Shown here one piece after another: positions 1 through 12,636 of a DNA stretch of 64,000 bases. Positions within the stretch are counted from its first letter, which is position 1. Each line of letters opens with the position of its first letter. The stretch comes from Chara braunii (Eukaryota > Plantae > Charophyceae), in the NCBI GenBank assembly GCA_003427395.1, contig BFEA01000024.1, positions 1,190,932-1,254,931 on the forward strand. Reading direction: 5' to 3'. The notes beneath the pieces were generated by a model. The model saw nothing but the letters and a program-made list of their open reading frames with translations, did not search any database and had not been told where the DNA came from. The position numbers and the translations under genes were made by a program.

Positions 1-2255
1 ATGCTGACGTCTATTTGAGTTCGACCTAGCAGAACAGTGACCCGCGGTCGGAAGATTGCTCATGCATATCGAAAACATGCAAAAAGTGCAATTCGAATCT
101 GACATTGAGCAAGATGTTGTTTCGTATGGGCCCCCGAAAACGAAATTGACGGCATGGATGAAACACAACTCTTTGAATAGACATGTTCCTAAAAGAGGAG
201 CTTCCTCTGTATGCAGAGATCATTAATACTCATATATGAGATAACAAACATAAGAAGTGGAACCAAAGAAAGCGTGATCTTCACGGTGGTCTATTTGAAA
301 AGATCTCTCGGTTGCATCATGTGAAGATCACGGAAGGGGAACGATTATATATGCGTGTGTTGCTAAACCATGAACATTCTCGTAGGGTGCACTCTTTTGC
401 CGAAATTCGTACGGTGCACAAAATCGAATACGATTTTTTCCGATCCGTGTGCCTTCGATTGGGCCTTTTGCAAACCGACGATGCATATGCATAGAGACAA
501 CCGATGGGCATTATATGTCTAAAAAAAATCGTAAAGTATTTGCTATGGTTCTTGTCTTTGGTCCGGTGAACGATCTGGTCCGTTTCTTTGAACGACATTG
601 GGATAAGATGTGTGACAAATTTCAGTATTGCGCAGACAATAAAATGGTTCCCCCGAACATTTTGCAGTCGTTAGTCTTATTTCATCTTGACCGTATTTTG
701 CAAGAATTTAGCAAAAACATCCGCCAGTTCTGCCTTTATTATCCAACATCGGACAGGAAACAATGCTGAGAACATAACGAAATATTACGAGAACAGAACG
801 GTATCGTCGATTCTAAACGACGAGTTGTTGTATGATCCGATTCAAATGCAACGCAGATATGACTCTAATTTTCGACGTCTTTATCCATGCCAACGAGTGT
901 TGGCGAAAAAAGTTGTTCGGGTTGTGTAAGAGAAAAGATCATTGAGTGCTTTTGTCGATGCATCGACCGGAACAGAAAACACTTTTTGCATTGAAACGAT
1001 TTTAGCAGGCATCAGGTCCCGTTCTGCCATTAGACTGACCGTGGCATCGAGTGACATAGCGGCGACTCTTTTAACGGGGCGTCGAATGTTTCACTCACGA
1101 TTCTGGACACCTTTGAAACCTGATGACATGCGTCCCTCTGTAATTCTGAAACAAAGTGATCTTGCGGAGCTTATCCACCGTGTCGACTTGATTGTTTGGG
1201 ACAAGGCTCCGATGAGTAACAAGTTTCACTTGGAAGCTCTTGACATTACACTTTGAGACCTATGTAACAATGACGAACCCTTTGGTGGGAAAATTTTACT
1301 TCTTGTTAGGGACTTTAGACAAGTTTTGTCCGTTGTGAAACACGGATAGCGAGCGTAATAAATTGATGCGTCCATGAAAATGTCTCAATTGTGGAAACTT
1401 TTTGAGGTTCATCAACTGACTGAAAATATGCGAATCTTAAGCTTAGGCGATGATAAAATGACACGAATGTATGCCCACTTTTTGATGCGTGTTGAGAACG
1501 GAGACCATCCTCGTGTTGTTCTTAATGAACCTGCTGTAGTTAGATTGCCACGTGAGATTTGTACAGATAAACCGATTGATGAGTTGATTTCATGGACTTT
1601 TGACAATGTGTCCAACCACGTGGGGGATGCCGAGTATTTCTCGCCTCGATTAATTTTTTGCCCTACTAATGACGATGTCGGTTGTGTTAACAATCGTGTT
1701 CTTGATGATTTCCCTGGAGAGGTGCATGAGTTTTTCAACATTGATTATCGTGATTCGAATGATACCGGACTCGATATTGAGCTACAGTTTTTAAGCTCTC
1801 TTAATGAATCAGGCCTTCCACGTCACAATTTACACTTAAAAATTGGTGAACCCATGATGTTTTTGTGAAATTTGTCACCGAAGCAAGGACTTTGCAACGA
1901 TACAAGGCTTCTTCTAAAAAAGATCGTTAATGATGATTTGTTGGAAGTGACAATAATGCAAACGAGTAAGACAACACTGATCCCCAAAATTGATCTGACA
2001 AGCGATGGTGAGACCACCAGGTCCAAATGGTTTAGGAGGCAATTTTCAGTTCGTCTTACTTTTGCTGTAACGATTAACAAGTCGTAAGGACAAACTGTAT
2101 CTCGTGCAGGGGTTTGGCTACGCAAGCCGGTTTTTGCTCATGGTCAACTGTACGTTGTTTTTTTGTGTGTTGACCATCCCAACAACATCCGTGTTGCGTT
2201 GCCTAATAAGAATTTTTTGACGAAGAATATTATGTATCATGAAATTTTTGGATGA
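1..2255 (+). pseudogene. Helitron RepHel (PIF1-family helicase), multiple stops and frameshifts
   Basis: Motifs TKLTAW, SFAEIRTV...CLRLGLL.TDD, VASSDIAATLL.G.R.FHSRF, LIVWDKAPM, QLTENMR, IFCPTNDDV, GLPRHNLHLKIG.P.M, GLCNDTRL, RRQFSVRLTFAVTINKS*GQT, PVFAHGQLYV. Confidence 0.92.
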
Positions 2256-2473
2256 GTTGTTCTTTTTTTTTTCCGTCGAGCCGTGGTATTCCGATTAATT
2301 TCGTCCTATTTTTTATTCGCAGACGACTCTCGAATGTGTCATACCTACAACACTCTTGCTAAGCAAAAAGTAATGGGAACCAACAATACCACTCAATATG
2401 ATCGGAATGTTGCGTCAAAGTTGGAGCCGAACATTCGTAGAGGTCAAAGAAAAGTGGAAATGATGAAAAATCA

Positions 2474-4021
2474 GTGAATCTTGGAAGTGAACATGCTCAG
2501 GACGATCATATTGCTCTTGGTGAAGTTGAACGTGGATGTTCGCAAGGGAATACCCTTGATGGTGTTGAGAACATGGTTGTGGAAAGGGGGGATGACGAGT
2601 GTCGTGCTGATGGGGTGGACCCGGGTGGTTCGTGTAGAGGTCTGTCGGGTAGGCCTAATAACCTTACATTTCCTGATGACATCGATGATAACGTTACAGG
2701 AGATCCAAAAGACGACTATGTTGAATCTACATTCAAGAGAAGAAAGAGGCATGGTGCGAAAACGAATCTTTTGAGTTCCCCCGAAGTGTTGGAGCCTACC
2801 TTCGCTGATAATCCGGTCGGACGACAACCTGATGTTCATGAAATGGGAACTCAAATTCGAAGAGAGTTGAATTCGCTCCCTAATGGTGGATTTGCATCCC
2901 TTCCGTTTTCTGGACGGGTCGATGAACATGCACATGTTTGTTATTCGTGTTCGCAATCTCAACGCAGTGGATGCGAAAAAGATGTTTGCGTCGCATCGCA
3001 ACCACAAAATCCTTTCGGGGTTATTGTGGTGTCCGATGATAACAATGCACGCGCAATCCGCACTCCGAATCCGCATGCTTACCTTACTAGATGGTTTGAC
3101 GATGCGAAGAAGGTTGGCATGCAAAATGTCTTGACTGAGGTGTTTTTTGAAATGTTTGTGAAAATTGTCACGGTCGTAAAAGATGGACGAATATGAGATA
3201 ACTTCCTCGACTGGAAAAGAAACAAACTCACTGATATGTGATTCCAACGACTATCCCCTCTTCCTTCAGACTCGTTGAATGTTTTCGATTTGGAGGCTTC
3301 TTCCATGTTGCAATCGCTTTTGAACGATGGGTTCATTGCTCTCTCTAATGAGGAGATTAGTAGGATGACAATTCATTTGCCACATTGTCCGACAGAAGGG
3401 ACCATTCCTCAACCCTTTTACAGATATGCACGGATACAGAAACTTCTCAAAAGGATTCCTCCCATTGTTGTTTTTTTCACTCCTCATTCCGCTCTTGTCC
3501 GTGGACTCCCCGTTCAAGCAGCATCTTCTCCAAATTTTCAACGTCTACCGTATTTTGCTCCACCATCCAGTATGTCAACGTCGATTGTCACAACTTCTGT
3601 TGTTGTTTCTGCTTTGCCGACAACTACGACTACTCTGTCTCCTGTCAGTTGTGGTGTTGCGTCCGCTGTTACACCATCGACAGACCATGTGTGTGTCCAT
3701 ACAGGACCCTTCGGACAACCAAGTTCTTCTAATTTTAACATTGGTATACATGACTCTCTTCAATCTATTGGTCCCAAAAAGATACTTGCACACCTGTCTC
3801 ATCTTAACAATTCCCACAGGATTCAAGATCTTGTGAAAGTAGCATAGGAACTGAATACGAGCATGAAGACTTGGAGGTCTGTGGATGCTACAATTCATCT
3901 CAATTACAATCGGCACGGACAAGGTCGATTTTGAACTTTCGAGACGTATCATCGCATAGTGTTGCAACGAGTTTCTGTTCGTGAGGTGCTACAAGAGTAT
4001 CGTTCCAACAAAGGAAGTTGA
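2474..4021 (+). pseudogene. Decayed second ORF inside the Helitron, function unknown
   Basis: ORFs 2474-3196 and 3275-3847 are in the same frame, separated only by point stops, and the frame continues to ~4021. Lies between the helicase and the Helitron 3' end. Confidence 0.5.
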
Positions 4022-4391
4022 TTAGTCTTATAAGAGATATAGGAAGAGAAAAAGATGTTGATTGTGGTCGTTCAGACCTTGCCTTAATGACAATTTTTTA
4101 GATTGTAGTCTTCGCTTTCAGTTACGTAATTGCCCCTACAAGAGATATGGGAAGAGAGAGACAAATAAATGGGGGAGGGCGAAGAGAGAGAGAGAGAGAG
4201 AGATGACTTAAATAATTTTGACGTAATATTATTGTGCTTTTTAAAGTCAATGTTGATTCCATTACGCAATAATTGTGTGTTGGTCATACTTGGGCCACTT
4301 GCTTTCTTTAATGGAACGAAAAATCTTAATATGAACCTTTTTTCCTTTATATACTCGTGTTCGTCTTTCTTTATTGTTTACTCTTTTGTTG

Positions 4392-4394
<3 letters not shown>

Positions 4395-4446
<52 letters not shown>

Positions 4447-4466
4447 TTCTTTCTCTCTGTTTTTTT

Positions 4467-4525
<59 letters not shown>
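4395..4525. repeat. (CT)n and (TA)n microsatellites
   Basis: Directly visible. Confidence 0.95.
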
Positions 4526-4747
4526 TTTCTCTCTCTTTGTTTATCTTTGTCTCTCCTTGCCCGTTCTCTTGCTTTTTTGTTTTTCTTCTATTTGTCACTT
4601 TTTTAATTCGCGAATTGAAGTCGGGCAGTATACCCAGTTTCATACTATTCTTACCAGTTTCAGACTATTTTTTATTACCCTGTGTTTCAGTTTATGTGAA
4701 TGGTCCGTGTGAGGTTGCCTACAACATTTCTTATTTTTGTGGCCATG

Positions 4748-4781
4748 GCCCGCACCGACTGCACCACGGGCGCTTAACTAG
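4748..4781 (+). other. Helitron 3' terminus (hairpin + CTAG)
   Basis: GCCCG(4748-52)...CGGGC(4767-71), 6 nt spacer, CTAG(4778-81), then T, as expected for an A|T target. Confidence 0.75.
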
Positions 4782-5900
4782 TCCATATAGAGTGGACATG
4801 AATCTAACAGGTGTCTATGCAATTGTCAGTCCCTTTTGCAGGAAGTTCTATGCATGATGTACAGTGAGAAAGATAGTTACTTGATGGGTGGAGCGCGTGT
4901 GGTGTTCGAAGTCATACGGTGTCGGGAACGCAAAGATTCTTTGGGTGGAAAATTATGTAGTTCTACCACTTGTGACAGATGTACGAGGTAGGTTAGCAGT
5001 TGAGAGCATGCTGATCCGGAGGTTCTCACTATTATTAAACATGATTGGTGAACTGCGAAACCGAAGCAGAGGTGGCAGAGAGGGAGGAGACGCTATGAGG
5101 GGAACTTGGTGAAGATGGGAGTGATTGTCATGTTTGATTATGACCAAATGAAGTATGCGTTGCTGATTGATTTGCTGGATGGTTTGATGGAGGTAAAACA
5201 AGAGAGAGATTTATGCCCTAATCTAGGTAAAATCTAGTTCGACTTTTGGAAGAGGATTCGGGAGAAGTATGGCGAGTCCGATGTTGTGATCGAACTGTAT
5301 AGGAAGAAACGAAGGGCCGAAGTTGAGGGAGGCTGTGCACAATTTGTATTGTGAATTTGAAAGCGACTCGGACAGGGATACAAAGGAACAAAAGTTACTC
5401 GCGCGACCTCTTAGTGCAACCATGGCGAGTAAGGAACTTGTTCAAGCTGTCGAGTAGAAGGATGGTAGCGTTGTCAGGACGAACGATTTGTTTTCCATGA
5501 ATACGACGAGGAGCTCCCTACGATTAAGATTGGCACGTGCAATCAAACATAGATTTAGTGTTGAGGTGAGAAAAAAAAATAAATTATAAAAGTTATGTTT
5601 TCGACTCAGATAGATCCGAGTTCGGTTAGGAACTTGGCAGTAAAAAATATCTCGCTGCCGGTGAAGAATAGAGTCATTCATTCTCTGGTTATAGAAAGAC
5701 CGAGGATGGTTAGAATGAAGAGAAGAACAATTAAGAGTATCGTGCATAATTACAAGACGAAGTTGAAGAAGAGACAAGAAGTACGGTGGCTTCAGCGTTG
5801 TCAAGTGCATGTACGTATCAGACCGGACGAGGTGGAAGGGATTCATTGCTTTGTGCACAGCTCAAGAAATGTCACATGTGGACGAATGTTGATATAGGAA
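4782..5900 (+). pseudogene. PLE-A remnant (GIY-YIG nuclease and linker), cut by the Helitron
   Basis: GVYAIVSPFCRKFYA..T.R...W.E (GIY-YIG), NYVVLPL, and IVHNY...VHVRI...SRNV, colinear with the ORF at 32196. Confidence 0.7.
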
Positions 5901-5959
5901 CAACTTGTTGAGCGCATCAAGCAGTACCAAAGACTTGGAGCTCAAATCTATATCAGATC

Positions 5960-6303
5960 AAGGATGAAGACATAGCGCAAACTTTCACGAGAACTACGTA
6001 AAATCTAATCAGCATAATAAATATATCACAACAGATAAATTACAGCAGTAAACTTTGAAATTATCGCAAGAACTAAGTTACCTACTGATTGCCGCAACGT
6101 ACAGAAAACAACAACCGATACTTTAGAATATCAAAATTAAAAAAAAAAATTAACGCACAAAACTATGATCCTACATGCATTTGTCGATCCATCATTTTCT
6201 CGCCTCACACTGCCAGCATACCAAGCACTCGAGCAACCTTGTCCAAGGTTCCTTGAGCTCCCTCGTGCCCTTAGCAAACCGTGCTAGGGCTTTGAAGAAG
6301 AAG
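5960..6303 (-). mobile_element. 5'-truncated pLTR / RT C-terminus of a diverged relative of PLE-B
   Basis: Minus strand reads FFFKALARFAKGTRELKEPWTRLLECLV, homologous to FFFNTLARFAKG...LKEPCLRLLENLV at 7358-7500. Left boundary approximate. Confidence 0.6.
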
Positions 6304-6305
6304 AT

Positions 6306-7498
6306 TAGTGGAAACAGTGACCAACTGTCTTTCGTACACACTTCGAAAGCTCTTCATTACATAGTCGCGAGTACTCATCTCAACTCACGCACACAATCCC
6401 CGACGCGTTTCGATCGATTGCACTCCGATCATCGGTAGCGGGCTAACCTCATGACCCTGCCTTGCGGCCCACCGACGATCCTCCCGTCCTGCTTAGTATA
6501 GAGGACCAATACGGTCTTGTTCTCCTATATATTGTCCATCGAGCTATTAACCTAGCTAGCACGGTACTCCCTTCCCCAATGGGCATTTCCATGAGCGACT
6601 ACGACTACTATTGGTCTGCCCCATAGATGTTATGCCGAGCTCCGTGATAATCCGTTACGTGTCGGCCCCTCAATGGGCAACGGATAGTCAATCCACGTAG
6701 GCTTGCGATCATCGACATACTATTTATCCCTTCGGACCAACTTTCACCGCATATATCACGTGTACAGAGTACTATGCATAAACTAGGGGTTCTCTTTCAC
6801 AGATAGTCTTTCCAACGTTCGCATCCCTCCATCGAGCCACTGCCTCTAATTCCTATTGGGCTAAATCGTGTTGCATGGATCGTAGGCTCTATTCCTATTA
6901 GGTGGCCCGGTCACCCAGTCAGTTATACGTGGGCCGTGCGTGACCTGCACAATTTCAGATCCGCCACACAATACATTTTCCCCCTTCGGGAATTAGGCGG
7001 GTACAATCCAGTCGTGTCGTGCCTTGACTGCCTAACCAGCAAAGGAGATACAGTGGCGCGCCTGCCACGTATTTCCAAGGACAAAATTGAAATAATTTAT
7101 GTATGTCTATAGTACGAAGGACCTTAATCCCCCCGAGCCTGCAATTCTAAAAAAAATCCCAATCTCGTCCGCTAATTTCGAACGGTTTCCTGCCAATAGG
7201 GGAAATGCGGTCAATTTCTAATTCTATGGTAGTAACTGCGTACTGAAAATGTTCCTACCGTCCGCGCGAACAATTTCTACATAAAATCTTATTTCTACGC
7301 AAAACTTTCCACCATACAGTAAACCAAACAGGAAATTTTGTAAGTTCAGTGCCTTATTCACGGCCGCATCCGCCACAAAAATTTTGGTATCGCACTGTTA
7401 TCCCATTGTACCAGGTTCTCAAGCAGCCTCAAGCAGGGCTCCTTGAGAACCGTGACACTAGTGCCCTTAGCAAATCGTGCTAGGGTATTGAAGAAGAA
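6306..7498 (-). repeat. PLE-B 3' pseudo-LTR
   Basis: Aligns along its length with 11472-12636 and includes the RT C-terminus. Confidence 0.88.
6398..6442 (-). ncRNA. Hammerhead-like motif with degenerate core (3' pLTR copy)
   Basis: Minus strand: cccg-CTACCGA-T-GATCGG-AGTGCAA-TCGATC-GAAA-CGCG-TC-gggg. Confidence 0.55.
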
Positions 7499-10283
7499 CG
7501 CCCTGGTTAACCCCGGCGTAAGAGCTCGTTTTTCAGTGCCAGAACTGGCACGGTTCGCCATTTGTTGAATGTGGAAGAGGCTACCGATTATAGCTCCAAT
7601 CTTCGCACGCTTGTTGTCTCAATAGGAATTAAATTCCTGGAAACAACAATAGACGAGTTTCTGCTGCACTCCCATTTGGCTCTTCAGTTCGTTCTTGACC
7701 CTCGACTCCATGAGGAACTTGGTGTTTCCTAATACGGTCGTAAGTCTTGTCCTAACGAATTCAATGGTGTTAAATCCGTCGTCTGTACGGACCAATGAGA
7801 GTTTATCACCATAGCAGCTTGTGAACTTCATCAATATCTCCAACGCCTTACTGATCTAACCTTCTTTCCTTCTATTGAAAGTAACTGCGAGCATCACATC
7901 GCCCATAAATCGTACTTCATGGACAAGCTTGCGGTCACCTCCCAGTGATTTCATAAATCCTTCTTCATACTTCGCACAGAGTAGGTAGGCCAGTGGGGGG
8001 CTGGAGTTTTTCCCCATTGGCACTCCGATGACTTGCCTCAGCAACTTCCCTAGGTGTGCTGCAATCCGAATGCTACAAAAATCGGAATGTAGTTGAAGGG
8101 GAACTTAACGTAGCCTTTCCCAAACAGCTTTGTGCCGAGAGAGACTTGCTTTCTCCTTTTGCATACTATAATTTTCCGGTAGCCCTTCTTTTCCCATTCT
8201 CCCAACAGCCAGGATAGCGCGTCCATGATAGCAGCATGCGGAAGGGATGTAAACATTTCCTTAATGTCAAATCCCCTGCACATCATCATTGTCTCTCCGT
8301 CATACATATGAAGCTTCTTCTCCACTTTCTTCAAGTTTTGCTTGAGCATGGTTGTTACATTGAGGTTGAAATGCTCTGCCCCGGGGAGCTTTTCCAGTAG
8401 GTAGTTGAGCGCCCTCGCAGTCCATCGACTGTCGGTCATCGTGGGTTCACTGCATGCTAGGGCAATGGTCCGCCATCGTTCGAGATCCTTGTGCTTGGGC
8501 AGCACGTACGCATTGTCGATCCTCCCCTTTGAGTTCCAGTTCACCAGCTTGTGCAGGCCACGACTTTCAAAGTCTCGCTTCATCTCCTTTAATGTCTCTG
8601 CTTCACTGTTGTTGACCTCGTCATAAGCCACGCTCCAGGCAAACATTTTATCCAGGCCATGCTGCTACGTGGATGGACACATCAGCACCATGTCACCCTC
8701 GTTCCTGTCGACTTGCGTAATTAACAAGTCCTTGAACTGCCTTTTTACGGCGTAGACTAACCCTTTGTCCGTGACGCAGCGTTCGCTCCGTTCCAATGAG
8801 AAACAACCACTAGTCTAGAGATTAGGCAGATGCTTGCCAATTCAGCTCCCGAGCACAGTTTTAAGCGCAAGTCGTATGTTGCTGCAGACTTTTTCCTTTT
8901 TCGTCTTGAGCTTCAGACAGACCACGTTCTTCCCATTGAGAGCCAGGGCCGGTAATCTTGGGACATCAACTATCCTTGTGAGCACGTGGCCACTAACGAC
9001 GGGTAGGTCATAGTGCTTGTACGCGCACGGTAGTTCCGACTTCTTACTCAGAGTGCTTGTAGTTATAAAGCATCTCAACTACGTTCCTGTTTCTTCTCCC
9101 GACTACCCTGGCCTTCCTTTTGAAGATCCCTGCGATTGCAAGGTGCAGACCGCAACTCTCAATATTTGCGGAAAGCACACTCCTAATGCCACTCTTCCTC
9201 ACCTCATTCATGTACCTGACCTAAGTTGTGATTCGCTTCCAGATATTTACATAGGCTTTCTTTCCCACCGCTTTACCCAAAAAATCCTTGATCGTTCTCC
9301 TCTTTTCCTAAATTTCCTTCTCTTTGAACGAACCAGCGCAGCTGTAAAGGTGCATAAGCTTATCAACTGACATAAGCAACAGTTCTTTCCGCTTGAAAGG
9401 CATCTCTAAGAGCTGCCGCAGGTAACCCCTCCCTTTGTCTCTTGCATTTTGTGTGATGGTGATGGGGGCAATCGAGAAACTACCCCCCTCCTCAAACCAG
9501 GTTTTCGAGTGGGGTAGAGCTATCTTTCCTACCTGCGTCACGACAGTCGAGGTACCAAACAATCTCTTTACTAACGACGAATCTTCTCCCCAGACTTTGC
9601 CACCTTCACTACTGTTTCTTACCCTCCCTATAGGCTGAATCTAGACACATCTGTCAGCTAGTGTTACCGAACGAACTATTACTCTTCCGAAATACGATGA
9701 TACGTGTCCGTTTTGCCACATCCTTTCTCTTGTCTCCGACTGCCCGCGCTTGCCTTTCCCTTCTTCCTGGCCTCTTCTTTGCATTCCCTTTCCGCCCCGT
9801 GCCCAACATGTTAAGCGACGGGGAAAACCTTTTGATGAGTGTCTTCTCTAGGTTCTCTAGACCGTTGGCCTCCGAGGTAGCAATAGGAATAATGACATAT
9901 CTATTCCAATTAAACTTTCTCAGCCACTTGTAAATTAGTGGCGCTCTACCCTCCGTACCTCATTCCGTGCATCTAACGTGCTCCCACCATCTTTCCGCAA
10001 CACCTCTAATGGACCTGCCGATGTACGTTTTCCTGCACCATGGCGAAACGAGACAATACACTACAAGTTGCTTAAAACCATACCATTTCCAGTTCCATGG
10101 TACTAAGTCTAGGAACTTCCTCACCCACGGGGCATGGCCCAGCAATACTAGCAACACCGTACCAGCGGTAGAGGCTTTATCGGTCACCAGTCTGAGTTTT
10201 GATACTCCTGTGTACCCCCAAATCGTCTCTCTCAAAGAAAAGAGAATGACAATGTAAGCCCAGATGAGCTTTACCAGGGGCAC
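7358..10283 (-). pseudogene. PLE-B ORF2: GIY-YIG endonuclease + PLE reverse transcriptase (disrupted)
   Basis: VYCLVSPWCRKTYIG...RWWEH; linker C.Y...LPVVSGHV; AYVLPKHKDLERWRTI; FDIKEMFTSLPH; QVIGVPMGKNSSPPLA; RFMGD (degenerate YxDD). Confidence 0.9.
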
Positions 10284-10289
10284 TAATCG

Positions 10290-11252
10290 TCATTGATACC
10301 GAATGTCTTCACGCTCCCATGTCTCCTCCAAAAGCCCGTCGTCATCGCCCCACGCCGATCTATTCAAAAGTTCACGAACGCCTTGCTCCTTAGAGATGTA
10401 GGTGATGTTCCTCGCCTCACATAACCTCTTGACTTCCCGGCATTCCTTCGCCATGAGCTTAGATCTGGTATCCAGGATGTTTCGCACTATATTCCCTTTG
10501 CTACTAGAAGCGGAGGTCTCCTTTACGGAAGAGGCGCTCTTCGTCGGTGTGCATGCCTTCCTCCTCAAGCTTTTCTCGTAATCCGCCCTTGACATGACCC
10601 TTGCTTCTTCCTCTCAGCCGTCCAGCGCTGTGAAGGTCTTTGCTGTTCACTTCCCTCTTGCTCTCTTCGGTGGTACCTTCGAACCATCGTCCGTCAACAC
10701 TTCTTCCTCCATCAAGTAAGTATCCAGCCCACTCGCAAGTACTTCTCTGTCCCGTTTCGTCATCTTGGAGTTCACCGCTAGTGTCATTTGGATTTCAGTC
10801 CTTATCTCCACTCTGAAGTTACGCAGAACCCTTGATACTGCCGCTATCGTTCGCAGCTCCCCCTCTTCTATCTTCATGTCTCTTCTGTCGCATTCCTCCA
10901 TCATTCTTCGCTCGATTTCCGCAAACATCCTTCGAATCTTCTCATCACGCCTATCCTCTTCCAAATAGCTGGCTTCTTCGCTTGGCTTCTTTCTCTTCTC
11001 CTCCTCTACCTTCTTATTCTCCTCTTCCTCCATTTCCTTCTACATTTTGTAGTCCACCCACCTGACTACCCGGTTTATGCTATCCTCATTCTCCTTCCTC
11101 GATTGCCAATACTTCGTATTGTTAGCAAAAGCACCTTGTCCTTTGCCCGCCGGCCAGTCTCTCGCGATGTGGCCTGCTTGGCCGCTGTTGAAGCAGATGA
11201 TCGAGCTTCCTGCCCCGCCTGCTCTAGTTCCGGTAGTGCCTGATGACGCCAT
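10290..11252 (-). pseudogene. PLE-B ORF1: gag-like zinc knuckle, coiled coil and SAP-like helix pair (disrupted)
   Basis: CFNSGQAGHIARDW (decayed CCHC), E/K/R-rich coil, KLMAKECREVKRLCEARNITYISKEQGVRELL. Confidence 0.7.
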
Positions 11253-11471
11253 ATTGCTAATGTGCACATATAAAAACTTCGGTAACTCTCTCATATAACC
11301 GACTCTATTCGTCCTCCCTCTACGTGTGACAACTCCGCTACTGTTAGCCGCTATAGATACACCTATCTTGCTGCTACCTTTCTGTTACACTATCTGTTCC
11401 CATGAAGCCGCTCGTCGACATAGCCACCAGTGTGAGTATCTCCTCTCATCCGGTTACCATGCTACACAGAA

Positions 11472-12636
11472 TAGTGGAAACAGTGGCCAACTGCCTTTCG
11501 TACACGCTTCAAAAGCTCTTCATTACATAGTTGTGCGTACTCATCTCAGCTCACGCGTACAATCCCCGATGCGTTTCGATCGGTTGCACTCCGATCATCC
11601 TCGGGGGCTAACCTCATGAACCTGCCTTGCGACCCACCGACGATCCTCCCGTCTTACTGAGTATAGAGGACCAATACGACCTTGTCCTCCTATGTACTGT
11701 CCATCGAGCTGTCAGCCTAGCTAGCATGATACTCCCTTCCCCAATGGGCACTTCCACGAGCGACTATGGCTACAATCAGTCTGCCGCATAGACGTTATGC
11801 CAAGCTCCGTGATAATCCGTTATGTGTCGGCCCCTCAACGGGCAACGGATAGTCAATCCGCATAGGCTTGTGATCATGGACATACTATCTATCCCTCCGG
11901 ACCAGCTTTCACCGCATGTATCACGTGTTCAGAGTACTATGCATAGACTAGGGGCTCTCTTCCACAGATGGTCTTTCCAACGTTTGCATCCCTTCATCGA
12001 GTTACTGCCTCTAATTCCCATTGGGCTAAATCGTGCTGCATGGATCATAGGCTCTATTCCTATTACGTGGCCCATTCACCCAGTCCGTTACACGCGGGCC
12101 GCACGTGACCTGCACAATTTCAAATCCGCCACGGAGTACATTTTCCCCCTTCGGGAATTAGGCGGGTACAATCCGGTAGTGTCGTGCCTTGACTGCCTAA
12201 CCGGCAAAGGAGATACCTTGGCGCGCCTGCCACGTATTTCCAAGGACAAAATTGAAATAATTTATGTATGCCGATAGTACGACGGACCCCCCGAGCCTGC
12301 AATTCCAAAAAAAGTCTCTATCGTGTCCACTAATTTCGGACGTTTTCCTGCCAATAGAGGAAATACGCGGTCAATTTGTAATTCTACGGTAGTAACTGCC
12401 TAATGAAAATGTTCCTACCGTCCACGCGAACAATTTCTACAAAAAATCCTTTTTCTACGCAAAAAATTCCCACCATACAGTAAACCAAACAGGAATTTCC
12501 GTAAGTTCAGTGCCTTATTCACAGCCGCATCCGCCACAAAAATTTCGGTTGCGCACTGTTGTCCCATTCTACCAGGTTCTCAAGCAGCCTCAACCATGGT
12601 GTCCTTAGCAAATCATGCTAGGGTATTGAAGAAGAA
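11472..12636 (-). repeat. PLE-B 5' pseudo-LTR
   Basis: Second copy of 6306-7498; begins at TTCTTCTTC fused to the genomic (TTC)n tract. Confidence 0.88.
11564..11607 (-). ncRNA. Hammerhead-like motif (5' pLTR copy; core CCGAGGA)
   Basis: Minus strand: ccc-CCGAGGA-T-GATCGG-AGTGCAA-CCGATC-GAAA-CGCA-TC-ggg; perfect 6-bp stem II and stem I ccc/ggg. Confidence 0.65.

Larger units (their letters stand above)
1..4781 (+). mobile_element. Helitron, 3' portion (5' end lies outside the window)
   Basis: Decayed RepHel/PIF1 helicase at 1-2255, followed by a GC hairpin and CTAG|T terminus at 4748-4782. Confidence 0.85.
6304..12636 (-). mobile_element. PLE-B: Penelope-like element with N-terminal GIY-YIG and ~1.2 kb pseudo-LTRs, inserted in a (GAA)n tract
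   Basis: Direct repeats 6306-7498 and 11472-12636 flank ORF1 (zinc knuckle) and a GIY-YIG/RT ORF; both ends abut GAA repeats. Confidence 0.88.

Noticed and set aside
2471-3247. 258-aa minus-strand ORF (similarly 58460-59038 on +)
   Set aside because: Antisense shadow of the better-supported ORF on the opposite strand.
10290-10292. In-frame TGA between PLE-B ORF1 and ORF2 as a selenocysteine codon (as in some Naiads)
   Set aside because: The element has many decay stops, the TGA does not align with a conserved Cys, and no SECIS was identified.
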